In this document: positions 13,003 to 23,271 of the stretch, piece after piece | Position numbering within the stretch: position 1 is the stretch's first letter | Layout of the letters: each line of letters opens with the position of its first letter | Assembly (NCBI GenBank): GCA_963768705.1 | Contig: CAVYJE010000027.1 | Location: 7,828-71,827 of the forward strand | DNA from: an uncultured Chloroflexia bacterium | GTDB taxonomy: Bacteria > Chloroflexota > Dehalococcoidia > DSTF01 > WHTK01 | Direction: 5' to 3' | Length of the DNA stretch: 64,000 bases | Position numbers and translations under genes: made by a program | The notes under the pieces: generated by a model | Databases searched by the model: none | What the model was told of the DNA's origin: nothing | Seen by the model: only the letters and a program-made list of their open reading frames with translations

Positions 13003-13987
13003 CTAACCGCCGCCGCTCCCCACTGTGACGACCACTTTGCCGTGCACGTGGCCGCCATCGATGTGCCGGAGGGCGTCCGGCGTCTGCTCCAGCGTGTAGG
13101 TCCTATCGATCACCGGCCTGAGCTTGCCGGCCTCGACGAGGTCTTTCAGGACCACCAGGTCTTCATGCTTCGGGACAGAGAGGTAGCGCCGGAGATTCTG
13201 TCGCTACGAACGGCGTGATCACCAGGGGCTTGAACAGACGAACCAGCATCTCGATTCCCTGAGCACCGGTTCCGCTGTTGAGAACGAGGGTGCCGGCAGG
13301 CGTCAGCGCGCTCCTGCAGTCTGCGAGGGAGCGGTTCTCGACGTTGTCGAAGATCACGTCGTACTTCTTGGCACCCCGAGTGAAATCCTCCTGTGCATAA
13401 TCGATGACGTGGTCCGCGCCGAGTGAGCGGACCATGTCCAGGCTTCCCGAGCTGCACACGCCGGTGACGACCGCCCCAAACGACTTCGCAATCTGAACAG
13501 CGAAGTGACCGACGCCTCCCGATGCGCCGTTGATGAGGACCTCCTGACCGTGACGCACCTTGGCCACGTCGCGAAGGGCGTGGAGGGCAGCCAGGCCGGA
13601 GGTCGGGAGACTCGCTGCCTGTTCGAAGGTGAGGTTGGCGGGCTTGAGAGCAAGCTTCGAGGCGGCGGCGCTGACGTACTCGGCGCAGGTACCGTTGGCG
13701 GCGCCAAACACCTCGTCGCCGGGCTTGAAGAGCGTCACGGCTGGACCAACTGTCTCGACGACGCCTGCGAGATCGTAGCCAGGCACGCCGTACTTGGGTT
13801 TCAGGAGGCCGGTCGCCGTACGCATGAGAAGCGGGGAGCCTTTCACGCCAAAGCAATCGCCGATGTGCAGCGCGGCGGCGTGGATGCGCACCAGCACCTC
13901 GTTGTCCCTGGGTGCCGGCCTATCGATGTCCTTGAGGTGCAGCAGTTCGAATGAGCCGTAGTGGTCGTAAACAATTGCCTTCATCAC
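13003..13987 (-). CDS. NAD(P)-dependent MDR-family oxidoreductase (quinone reductase/ADH-like), frameshift near 13200
   Basis: MKAIVYDHYG, PGYDLAGVVE, VLINGASGGVG, LGADHVIDY; ends GHVHGKVVVTV. Confidence 0.9.
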
Positions 13988-14240
13988 AACTTCTCCTCAC
14001 GGTAAGTCCAACCCGGACGGCTTCTAACTGCGCCAGCTAGGTCTCATGATCTGTGCGCCAAACCTCCCTCTCGACGTCCACGGAAGCACCATTCAAGCGC
14101 AATGGAGGCTCGACGCAAAGGGGATTGAGTTGACCGGGTGCTTCCGTAAACCAGATGGCCAACTCTACTCTTTATGTCTAGTTTGCACGCCACCGCCGCG
14201 TCGCAGCTCGAAAGCCCGTGAGTGGGCTAAGCTATTTCCC

Positions 14241-15533
14241 ATGGCGCTTCCTGACCTGGTCGAGATCGTCCCACCGGCCGCACTGGCACCCGTGCGCGTC
14301 ACGATACCCGGCTCCAAGAGCATCACGAACCGGGCGCTGATCCTCGCGGCCCTGGGTGAGGGCCTGACCATCCTGCACGGCGCCCTGTGGAGTGAGGACA
14401 CCGAGATCATGGTCGAGGCGCTGCGCACGCTGGGCTTCGAGGTCAGCGTGGAGCCCGACGCGTCGGAGGCAGGCAACTGCACGATCGCGGTCTCGGGTCG
14501 CGGCGGCGAGATCCCACGCTCCGGCACGCCTTCGGACCCGCTCGAGATTTACGTGGGCAACGCGGGCACGGCGGCGCGCTTCCTCACGGCGATGCTCTGC
14601 CTGGGCAACGGCAGCTATCGCGTGCACGGTACCGCCCGCATGCACCAGCGGCCGCAAGGCGCCCTGTTCGACGCGCTGGGCCAGCTCGGCTACCGCATCA
14701 GCGCCGAGAATGGCCACCTGCCCGCGACGCTCTCCGGCGAGACGGGCTCGATGTCCCGGACGTGCAGCGTGAGCATCGAGGAGAGTTCGCAATTCGCGTC
14801 AGCCTTGCTGCTGTCGGCGAAGCACGGCGCCTGGCAGGTTACGGTCACCGGCGATGATGCGGACGAGTCAGCCTACGTGGCGATGACGACGAGGCTGATC
14901 GAAGCCTTCCCGGAGCACGGCGGCGAGTATTGGATCGAGCCGGACGCGTCCAGCGCCAGCTACTTCCTGGCGGCCGGCGCGCTGTTCCCGGAGACGCACC
15001 TGCAAGTGAACAACTGGCCCGAGTCGGACTGGCAGATCGACGCGCGTTTCGTCGAGTACCTGCGCCGATTCTCGGACGACGGCATCGAGTACGCCGACGT
15101 CTCGCGCCTGCACGACCTGGGCGACGCGATCATGACAGCGATCACAATCGCTTCGCTGCTACCGAAGCCGTCGCGGTTCACGGACCTCGGCCGGCTGCGC
15201 GTGCAGGAATCGGAGCGCGTGTTTGCGCTGCGCACCGAACTGACCAAGTGCGGTGCCGAGGTCATCGAAGAGGGCGATACGCTGACGATCGCGCCCTCCG
15301 AGCTGCACGGCGCCGAGATCGACACGTACGACGATCATCGCATCGCCATGTGCTTCGCCACGCTGGGCCTGAAGGTACCGGGCATGCGCATCCGGGAGCC
15401 GAACTGCGTGGCCAAGACCTTCCCGAATTTCTTCGCTAAGCTGGTGGAAGCACCGCCGAGTGGACTCGGCGCGAGGGTGCTGGATGCGGCGACGGGCCGC
15501 GAGCTACTGGGAGACGAGCTACTTGCAGAATAA
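14241..15533 (+). CDS. aroA: 3-phosphoshikimate 1-carboxyvinyltransferase (EPSP synthase)
   Basis: PGSKSITNRAL, GNAGTAARF, RMHQRP, SSQFASALL, DASSASY, LRVQESER, YDDHRIAM, VAKTFPNFF. Confidence 0.93.
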   Translation: MALPDLVEIVPPAALAPVRVTIPGSKSITNRALILAALGEGLTILHGALWSEDTEIMVEALRTLGFEVSVEPDASEAGNCTIAVSGRGGEIPRSGTPSDPLEIYVGNAGTAARFLTAMLCLGNGSYRVHGTARMHQRPQGALFDALGQLGYRISAENGHLPATLSGETGSMSRTCSVSIEESSQFASALLLSAKHGAWQVTVTGDDADESAYVAMTTRLIEAFPEHGGEYWIEPDASSASYFLAAGALFPETHLQVNNWPESDWQIDARFVEYLRRFSDDGIEYADVSRLHDLGDAIMTAITIASLLPKPSRFTDLGRLRVQESERVFALRTELTKCGAEVIEEGDTLTIAPSELHGAEIDTYDDHRIAMCFATLGLKVPGMRIREPNCVAKTFPNFFAKLVEAPPSGLGARVLDAATGRELLGDELLAE

Positions 15534-16140
15534 CCTCGAAGTGCCGCTGCTGCCGCGAGAGCCGGCGCTGCTGATCGTGCTCTCCGGTCCTTCCGGTGCC
15601 GGCAAGGACTCCGTTTGCGACGTCCTGCGCACGTGGTACCCCACGATGCACAAGGTGGTGACGGTGACGACCCGACCGGTGCGCCCCGGCGAGGAGAACG
15701 GCAAGGACTACCACTTCATCAGCGCGCCGGAGTTCCAGACGATCCTGGATACGGATGGCTTCGTGGAGCACGCGACGGTGTACGAGCACAGCTACGGCGT
15801 GCCGCGCATCGAGATCGAGGACCCGCTGAGCTTCGGCCTCGACGTGATCGCGCGCGTGGACGTGCAAGGCGCCGCGACGCTGAAGCGCCTGTTTCCGGAC
15901 GCCGTGCTGATCTTCGTCTCGCCCGGGAGCGTCGAGGAGACCGTGCGCCGCATGCGGGATCGCGACCTCGACACGGAAGCGCAGCAGCAGCGCCGCACCG
16001 AGATCGCGGCGTCCGAGCTCGAAGCGGCGAAGGACTTCGACTACGTGGTGCTGAACGAGACTGGCAAGCTCGAAGAGGCCGCGAGCGAGGTGGCGAAGAT
16101 CATCGCGTCGGAGAAGCGGCGCCGCGGGGCGGTCGAGTAA
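15523..16140 (+). CDS. gmk: guanylate kinase
   Basis: LIVLSGPSGAGKD, TTRPVRPGEENGKDYHF, YG, DVQGA, FDYVVLN. Confidence 0.95.
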   Translation: MQNNLEVPLLPREPALLIVLSGPSGAGKDSVCDVLRTWYPTMHKVVTVTTRPVRPGEENGKDYHFISAPEFQTILDTDGFVEHATVYEHSYGVPRIEIEDPLSFGLDVIARVDVQGAATLKRLFPDAVLIFVSPGSVEETVRRMRDRDLDTEAQQQRRTEIAASELEAAKDFDYVVLNETGKLEEAASEVAKIIASEKRRRGAVE

Positions 16141-16182
16141 CCACCCCGGCGGCTGTTGTCGCAAGAAGCTGAGGTAGGCGTC

Positions 16183-16839
16183 CTAGGCCGGAGCGAGCTG
16201 GCGGTCGCGAGCCTTGAGGCCTGCGACAACCCAATCCGCCGCCGTGGCCATCTCGATCTCGCTGCCGTTGATCGTCAGGTCGTAGGCGCCGGAGCCGAGC
16301 CAATCCATGCCGTAGGCGCACTTGAAGAACTTGGTTCGCCGGCAGTCGTCGTCAGATAGGAGTTGAGTGGCTTCCGCCAACGAAAGGGACTCGCTCCTGG
16401 CGACTCGCTGAGCACGCACATCGCGGGCGCCGTGGACGAGCACCTTGAAGACGCCGGGCGTGTCACGCAGGATCGCCTGGCCGGCGTGGCCGACGATGAC
16501 GCAACTCCCTTCGTCTGCCAGGTTGCGCACGACCTCTTCGATCAGGGCGCGGTAGTCCGCGGACGACCGCATGGTCAGAACGCTCCCGCCAATCGGTGAC
16601 ATCAGAAAGCCATCGGAGGCAACTGCCGTGGTCGTGAGGTGCTCCACCATACGCTCGACAAGGCTGGGCCAGCGTTCGGCCCCAGCGACCGTCTCCGGAG
16701 AGACGCCGCTCAATTCGGCTGCGCGCGAGATCACTTCGCGGTCGTAGAAGCGCAGCCCCAGCCGGGTCGCGACTTCCTGGGCGATTTCGTGGCCACCGGA
16801 GCCAATCTGGGCGGAAAAGGTAACAACATCGCGGGTCAT
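16183..16839 (-). CDS. cytidylate kinase-like family protein (Cytidylate_kin2 type)
   Basis: VVTFSAQIGSGGHEIA, LRFYDRE, CVIVGHAGQAIL, YDLTIN; GGAGG upstream of ATG 16839. Confidence 0.85.
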   Translation of the reverse strand: MTRDVVTFSAQIGSGGHEIAQEVATRLGLRFYDREVISRAAELSGVSPETVAGAERWPSLVERMVEHLTTTAVASDGFLMSPIGGSVLTMRSSADYRALIEEVVRNLADEGSCVIVGHAGQAILRDTPGVFKVLVHGARDVRAQRVARSESLSLAEATQLLSDDDCRRTKFFKCAYGMDWLGSGAYDLTINGSEIEMATAADWVVAGLKARDRQLAPA

Positions 16840-16904
16840 GAGCCAATCCTCCATATCCTGCTGGAGGAGGGGGTCCGGTGGCAGTGAGGCGTTCCGGCCG
16901 CTCG

Positions 16905-16940
16905 AAAACAAAAACAGCCGGAGGACGTCCTCCGGCTGTT
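16905..16940 (-). terminator. intrinsic terminator, expression platform of the riboswitch
   Basis: Minus strand aacagccggagg-acgt-cctccggctgtt followed by tttgtttt. Confidence 0.85.
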
Positions 16941-16954
16941 AACCGAAAACCCAT

Positions 16955-17082
16955 CCTCTTTCAGTGGCCTACGAGGTTAGCTGTCGGGTTAGGGCTGAAA
17001 GAGATCTGCTGCCCCGTCCTCTTGCGAGAACTACACCCCGGGAATTGGTTCCCCCGCTCCTTCCGAAGAAGGACTCGGCCTT
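16955..17082 (-). ncRNA. cyclic di-AMP (ydaO/yuaA) riboswitch
   Basis: Minus strand GCCGAGUCC...GGAGCGGGGGAACC...GGGGUG...GCCCUAACCCGACAGCUAACCUCGUAGGC...GAAAGAGG, matching the ydaO-yuaA hallmark segments in order. Confidence 0.92.
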
Positions 17083-17160
17083 ATAACGCCATAAGAGTAG
17101 CCGATACGCCATCACAAGTCCATCCGGCCGCGTACGTGCTTTCGCACGCCGGACGCATGA

Positions 17161-17184
17161 CACTGCAGGATGAATCCTGCAGCT
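17161..17184. repeat. REP family A copy
   Basis: cactgcaggatgaatcctgcagct, with a compensatory change in the stem relative to other copies. Confidence 0.75.
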
Positions 17185-17239
17185 TGCGTTGTCGCACCGC
17201 GAATCGAAGCTATCGATTTACGGCAGACGGTACGTGACC

Positions 17240-19191
17240 TCAATGAGGCGGTCTGTGCGCAGGTCTGTGCGTGACTTTGAGGCCGCCGGTGTAGGTCTTG
17301 CCGTCCAGCAGCACGGACTCTATGTGGGCGCCTTCGGGGAGCTTGAGGTTGAGCGTGAGGGGCGTGGCCTCGGTGCCGGCCTCTTTCTGGACGTAGAGCT
17401 TGTACGTGCGCAGGTCGCCATCGGCCGCGATGACACCGGGGGTCTCGTACGAGACGTCGAGCTTCGCCGATGTGCCGGGGAGGACCGGGAAGTAGCGCCC
17501 GAAGGTCGTGTAGCCGTACTCGTTCTCGATGGCTTCGGCGCCGACGGTCTGGCCGCCGAACCTCACGTCCTTCAGGGAAGAGCCTTCAAGGGCGTACACG
17601 CGCAGGTAGCTGCCGTAGACACCGTTGAACATGAGGCGAGCGACCAGCTCCGGGTCGCGGCCGTCAGCCCACTGCGGGAACGGGTTCTGGATCGCGTATG
17701 AGACCGTTTTAGCCGCCGACGGCGTCGTCCGTGAGATCGACGTCGACGTTGAGGGACGTCTTGAGGATCATGTTGAGCTTCGTGCTGTTGACGCTCGTGT
17801 CGGCGGCGAGGAGGTAGTCGCTGTCCTCGCGGCTGCTCGATGGAGCCATCGAGGCTGTAGTCGATCGAGAGGGCCTGCATTTCGGGGTCGTTGAGGTAGA
17901 TCTGGAGGTGACGCTCCTGCGCCATGCGGTCGAGCACGCTAAGCAGGTCTACCCACTGCTCCTTCGGGGTCGAGAAGATGCGCTTGAGCAGAGCTTCGGA
18001 GAGGTCTGAGAGGAAGGCCTTCTGGTCCTCCACCGGTACGTCCCACTCATCGCGGGTGAGCTCCAGAGTGAGCTCCTGGAAGTTCTCGGCGTCCACGGTG
18101 ACGTCGTAACCGGGCACGTAGACGGCACCCATCTCGTCGAGGAGGGTGCGGATGAAGTAGGTGTCGATGGCGATGGTGCCATCCGTGGCGGGGGCGCCGC
18201 CCTTCTGCACGAAGTCGGCTGCCAGCCGCGACGTCGTGGGGAAGTCCGGGTACCAGCCCGCCTCGCCGAGGCCCCACGAGTAGCCCTGCTTGAGGTAGTT
18301 GGCCAGCGGCGCGGGCGGCGCGACGTACTCGCCGTTGGACTCGGTCTGCCAGCGGTCGAACAGGGCTTCGAAGTACTCGAACTGCATGTCGCCCAGCTCG
18401 CCATCCGTAAAGGTGGCGACGCCGTAGCTGGAGATCAGGCCACCGGAGGGGAAGAGCTCCGTGTCGTTCTGGGGCAAGACGAGGTAGGTGCGCTGGCCCT
18501 CGTAGCCCAGGAGGGTGGGCAAGAAAGACTCGGCGCGGTCGTAGCCGGTCACGAGAGCATCGAGCTTGGCGAGCGAGTCGCCGAGCTGCACTTTGGCGGT
18601 ACCGAGGGGGCCGATGAGGCCATCGGGCAGCGCGGCATACTCGGCCTGGAGTCCCGCGAGGCTGTCCTGCACCGCCTGCATGGGCGCCTGCTGGGCATCG
18701 AGGAAGGCGAGGGCCTCCTGGATCGACGTGAGGTTGGGGTCGTCCGTCTGCTGCGAGAAGGCGAGGGCCACGTCCGAGGCGAGCATGCCGGTGCGCGTCG
18801 AGTCCTCGGCGGCGAGGACGAGCGAGGTGAGGCCGTCCGCCTGCTTGTCGAGCACGGGCAGGTGGCGCGCGACCTTGAGCAGGGGGTCGCTAAGGACGAA
18901 CCGGCGAGCCGACTGAGCGCGCGTGAGGGCGTCTTCGAGCTGGGCTTGCGTGGCGAGCACCTCGGCCTCCGAGTCTTGCAGGCTGCCGAGGTCGAGCTCG
19001 TCCCGTAAGGAGAGAAGGCTGCTGCGCGTGGCCTGGACGTCGGAGTAAAAGGTGTAAGCCCGGTAGGCTTCGACGCCACCGATGAAGAGTAGAAGGGTCA
19101 AGAGGACAGCGCCCGCGATGCGCAGGCGAATGGCGCTGGTGGTGAGCTCCGGCGCACCAGAGCGCCGTTGTCCGGTCGCGACGTTGATCAC
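17240..19191 (-). CDS. DUF4012 domain membrane-anchored protein, frameshifts near 17830 and 17710
   Basis: N-terminal TM; RTYLVLPQNDTELFPSGGLISSYG, WYPDFPT, DGTIAID, NVNSTKLN, YKLYVQKEAG. Confidence 0.8.
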
Positions 19192-19412
19192 TGCTGACGT
19201 CCTTGTCTTAAGAGTTGCGTCCTGCGGGCGTGCGGCCCGGTACTAGTTGAAACGCGATGGGTGGCAGGCTGTTTCGGTGTGTAGGACGTATGAGTAAGTA
19301 GCAACCCCTAGGTGCTAACCCGAAACACATCTCGCGGATGCGCGTTGTAGGCAGTGAATGGATTTCAGTTTGGCCTGGCAAGACGCGAGGCCCCAAGAAG
19401 GCAGGGACTGTC

Positions 19413-20879
19413 GTGGTGCTTCGCTCAACCCTTGATTTCGCTGTAAGACAATCCTGGCTCTTGCTCCCATCGGCTGCGGCGGGAGCAGGCGCAGGATATG
19501 CGCTGGACGGACTTTCGCCGGTGATTGCGGGAGGCGCCGCTCTGGGACTGGCGCCCGCGCTGGCGGCCGGCCTGGCGCTGGACCTGCGAGGACACCGGCT
19601 GCGCACGCCGGACGACGTGGAGCGCCGGGTCGACCTCGAGACGCTGGGGGCGATCGGGCGGTTCAGGCAGTCGCCCGGCTCCGCCCTGCCGACGGACGAG
19701 TACCCGGAGGCGCTCCAGGCCTACCAAGAGCTGGCGACCTCACTGAAAGCGCGCGGCGGACCTGAGGTACGTACCGTACTCGTGACGAGCGCCGGACCCG
19801 AAGAAGGCAAGTCGACGACGGCCGCGAACCTGGCGACGGTGCTGGCGGAGATGGGCCACAAGGTCATCCTGGTCGACGGCGACCTGCGCTGGTCGTCTTT
19901 GCGCAGCACGAACGCCAGCGCGTCCTCGCTGGGGCTTTCGGGCCTGCTGCTGAACTACCTGCACACGCCGCAGCTCGCAGTGGTGCGTACGAACGAACGC
20001 AACCTCTTCCTCCTGCCGGCCGGCATCCTGCCGCCGAATCCGCAGGAGCTGCTGGCCCTGCCGCGTCTGGGCGACATCATCGCCTCGCTGCGAGAGATGG
20101 CCGACTACGTGATCTTCGATTCGCCCCCCATCCTGGAGGCGGAGGACACCAAGCTACTGGCCCGCAACGCGGACGCAACGCTGCTGGTGATGAACGCCGG
20201 CAGGACGCGCTCGCGAGAGGTGAACAAGGCGCTGGGCATGCTCATGGAGGTCGACGCGCTGCCGCTGGGCGCCGTGCTCAACGGGATCAAGACACCGAAG
20301 CGCGTCGCAGCGAAGGCGCCCGAGCCGGCATCGGAGCTGGCGCGGCGAATCGAGCCCGTCTACGCGCCGCCGGCGACGCCCGTGCCCACGCTCGAGCCGT
20401 TCACGGTCGATGCCTTCCGCAAAGGGACACCGAAGCCACCGGACCCCAACAAGCCTCGGCCGCGTGCGCCGGAGGCAGAGCCGGCGGTGGTGCGACTGGC
20501 GCAAGAGGGGCTTCCGAGCGCCCCGCCGATGCCTGCGGCAGCACCCAATGGCTTCGATACGCCGGACTACCGTAGCCGGGTGGCTTCATTGCGCAACAAC
20601 CTGCGCGTGGTGCAGCCGGACGAGCGACCGCTGGCGCCCGCGGTGAACGACTGGGAGCCCGTGCTGCCGACGAAGCCATCGCTGACACCGGAGCCGCCGA
20701 AGCCGAGCCTGAGCGCCATCGAAGTGCCAACACCGGCGCCGGTGGCGTCGACGAGGCCCGTAGCACCGACCAAGCCCGCCGAGCCGGATGTCTCGGTAGA
20801 CGACGTATTGGCCCACATGGAGGAAACCCTGCGCCTGATCCGTGAAATGCGGCACGAAAAGTCGACGTCCAACACTTAA
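19413..20879 (+). CDS. CpsD/CapB-family (BY-kinase-like) P-loop protein with Pro-rich tail
   Basis: VTSAGPEEGKST, VILVDGDLR, PPNPQELL, VIFDSPP, GAVLN; N-terminal hydrophobic segments. Start uncertain. Confidence 0.85.
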   Translation: MVLRSTLDFAVRQSWLLLPSAAAGAGAGYALDGLSPVIAGGAALGLAPALAAGLALDLRGHRLRTPDDVERRVDLETLGAIGRFRQSPGSALPTDEYPEALQAYQELATSLKARGGPEVRTVLVTSAGPEEGKSTTAANLATVLAEMGHKVILVDGDLRWSSLRSTNASASSLGLSGLLLNYLHTPQLAVVRTNERNLFLLPAGILPPNPQELLALPRLGDIIASLREMADYVIFDSPPILEAEDTKLLARNADATLLVMNAGRTRSREVNKALGMLMEVDALPLGAVLNGIKTPKRVAAKAPEPASELARRIEPVYAPPATPVPTLEPFTVDAFRKGTPKPPDPNKPRPRAPEAEPAVVRLAQEGLPSAPPMPAAAPNGFDTPDYRSRVASLRNNLRVVQPDERPLAPAVNDWEPVLPTKPSLTPEPPKPSLSAIEVPTPAPVASTRPVAPTKPAEPDVSVDDVLAHMEETLRLIREMRHEKSTSNT

Positions 20880-20934
20880 CGCTGTAACACCTCTCGCTTG
20901 AGAACGTTGAGGTCGATGTAAGGAGACAATTCAG

Positions 20935-21447
20935 ATGAGAAAAGGAAGCCTCTTCGCCGCTATCGCGGCAGCCGCCGCGTTTTTCCTGGTCGCCCAGGTA
21001 GCGTCGGCCCAGTACCCGCCGCCGAAGACCACGATGGTGTGTGCGGTCAACCAGATCGACGTCAAAATCAGTAGCAGCACCGCCGTCGCGGCGACGCTGC
21101 ATGACACGAGCGGGCAGGCCCTGTCCGGCTACGTGGTCCACTTCGAGGTCGTCTCCGGCGACGCGAGCCTCTCGTCCTCCAGCGCGACGACCGACAGCTC
21201 CGGCACAGCCGTGGTGACGGTGCACTTCGGCTCCAGCTCCGGCACGGTCGTCGTTCACGCCAGCAGCGAGTCGGCGGAGTGCCAGGCAAGCACGCAAGTC
21301 TCAGGCATCGTGCCGCCGAACACCGGCAGCGCAGGCCTGCTCGACAGCGGCAGCTCCAGTGACGCCGTGACGTTCGCGGGCCTCGGCTTCGGGGCCGTGC
21401 TGATGGCGGCGGGCGCCTTCGCCGTACGCAAGTCGGTCAAGGCTTAG
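20935..21447 (+). CDS. secreted Ig-like (Big_1) protein with PPNTG motif, C-terminal TM and basic tail
   Basis: Signal peptide; ATLHDTSGQALSG..V.F...ATTDSSGTAVV; PPNTG, hydrophobic segment, VRKSVKA. Confidence 0.75.
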   Translation: MRKGSLFAAIAAAAAFFLVAQVASAQYPPPKTTMVCAVNQIDVKISSSTAVAATLHDTSGQALSGYVVHFEVVSGDASLSSSSATTDSSGTAVVTVHFGSSSGTVVVHASSESAECQASTQVSGIVPPNTGSAGLLDSGSSSDAVTFAGLGFGAVLMAAGAFAVRKSVKA

Positions 21448-21477
21448 CGAACCGGCTTCAGTAGAACTTCCTCCAGC

Positions 21478-21508
21478 AGGGGCGGCCTCGGGCGGGGCCG
21501 CCCCTTTT
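21478..21508 (+). terminator. intrinsic terminator
   Basis: aggggcggcc-loop-ggccgcccc-tttt. Confidence 0.85.
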
Positions 21509-21726
21509 CATGCGCGCGAATCAGGGCACCTCACCGGTTGGGGTAGAGGGAACTTGCTACGGGTTCCCTCGGGCGTCCCTCAAGTGGGCGTCCCTCAAGC
21601 TGACGCGCACCTGATTCGAGCGGTAGGCGACACGTATCCCTCGCCCTGACAGGGAAAGGTTGGCCGTTGGCCGGGTGAGGGTAAGCAGCGGCTCAAACGC
21701 TCATCTGTAGACCGAAACGCTGTCAG

Positions 21727-21759
21727 CCCTCACCTCCCCTCTCCCAAGGGGCGAGGGGA
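21727..21759. repeat. REP family C (CCCTCACCC...CTCTCCC-N3-GGGAGAGGG) copy
   Basis: Similar to 27074-27108, 36201-36235, 39209-39243, 42919-42959 and 46688-46727. Confidence 0.75.
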
Positions 21760-21885
21760 CTGGCTGTACCGAGTTCGAACATTCGAGGGCAATTCGGAGT
21801 CGTATGTAAAGGCAGTACGGGACTTGTTGCGCTCACGCGCTACTATTACCCTCACCCTAACGTTACGTCGAAAGAGGTCTGGAGC

Positions 21886-23270
21886 ATGTTGACCAAGGAA
21901 GACAACGAGATTCTGACCCAGGTTGGGCCGGGGACGATGATGGGGAACCTGCTGCGGCGCTACTGGACGCCGGCGCTGCTCTCCAGCGAGGTGCCTGAGC
22001 CCGATAGCCCGCCCGTGCGTGTACGGATCCTGGGCGAGGACCTGGTGGCGTTCCGGGACACGGAGGGTCGCGTCGGGTTGTTCAAGCAGGCGTGTCCGCA
22101 CCGCGGCGCTTCGATGTTCTTCGGGCGCAACGAGGAGGCGGGGCTGCGCTGCGTCTATCACGGCTGGAAGTTCGACGTGAACGGCGAGTGCGTCGACATG
22201 CCGTCGGAGCCGGCCGAGAGCAACTTCAAGAACAAGGTACGCATCGCCGCCTACCCGACGCACGAGTCCGGCGGGCATCGTCTGGGCCTACTTCGGGCCG
22301 CCGGAGAAGATGACCGGCTTCCGCGACTTCGGCTCCGATGCGGTGCCGCGCGAGAAGTGGTTCGCGATCAAGATCATCGGCTACTGCAACTGGGTGCAGC
22401 GCATGGAGGGCAACCTGGACACCTCCCACATCTCGTGGCTGCATCAGTTCCGGGGCGCGCACGATTACCCGGACGACGGCACGGACGTCGGCCGGCGGCT
22501 ACCCGAGCTTCGACATGTCGATGAAGATCTGGGCGCACGACCGCCACCCCGAGCTCGAGGTCGAGGAGGAGTGGTACGGCTACAAATACGCCGGCATCCG
22601 CCAGACGCCCAACGGCAACACGCACGTGCGGATCACGGCCTGGGCGATCCCGTACACGTCGGTCGTGGCGAACATCCCGTACGTGGGCGGCGGCGGCCTG
22701 TGCGTGCCAATCGACGATACGAGCAACTACTTCTTCTTCTGGACGAAGGACCCGAGCGAGGCCGACCGCATGGCGCTGCGACTGTCCGGCGTCGAGGGCA
22801 AAGGCCTGTTCGACAACACGCCGTACACGAACCGCGGCGGCGGCCGTAACCTGCTGCGCAACATCACGACGCAGCGGCAGTGGCGGCCCGACAACGACTA
22901 CCAGGTCGACCGCGACTACGCGAACTCGCCCTTCTACTCCGGCGTCTCCGACTTCGGCAGCCAGGATCTCATGGTGACGGAGTCGCCCGGCGAGATCTGG
23001 GACCGCTCGCAGGAGCACCTGGGCACGACCGACAAATCGATCATCACGATGCGCAAGATCCTCCTGAAGGCGGCGAAGGACTACGCCAACGGCATCGAGC
23101 CGCCAGCGCTGGACCCGAGCCTGCCGTACACGGAGATCCGTGGCGCCGAGAAGGTGCTGGAACACGGCGAGGACTGGCGACGCCTCGGCACGCCCGCGGA
23201 CCCGCTGCGCCAGCGCATCGAGGGCGAGCTTGCCGCCGTCGAGGTGCCCGTGGAGGGCAGCGGGGGGTAA
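21886..23270 (+). CDS. Rieske non-heme iron oxygenase (phthalate 4,5-dioxygenase/LigXa-like), frameshifts near 22275 and 22490
   Basis: VGPGTMMGNLLRRYW, CPHRGAS..GRNEEAGLRCVYHGWKFD, EGNLDTSHISWLH, QDLMVTES, EHLGTTD. Confidence 0.92.
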
Positions 23271-23271
23271 C

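Noticed and set aside
16183-16839. Canonical cmk next to aroA-gmk
   Set aside because: Lacks the DGPxGxGKST and DSGAxYR motifs of true CMP kinases.
21571-21599. 14-bp direct repeat gggcgtccctcaag x2
   Set aside because: Only two copies and no associated feature; likely a local duplication.
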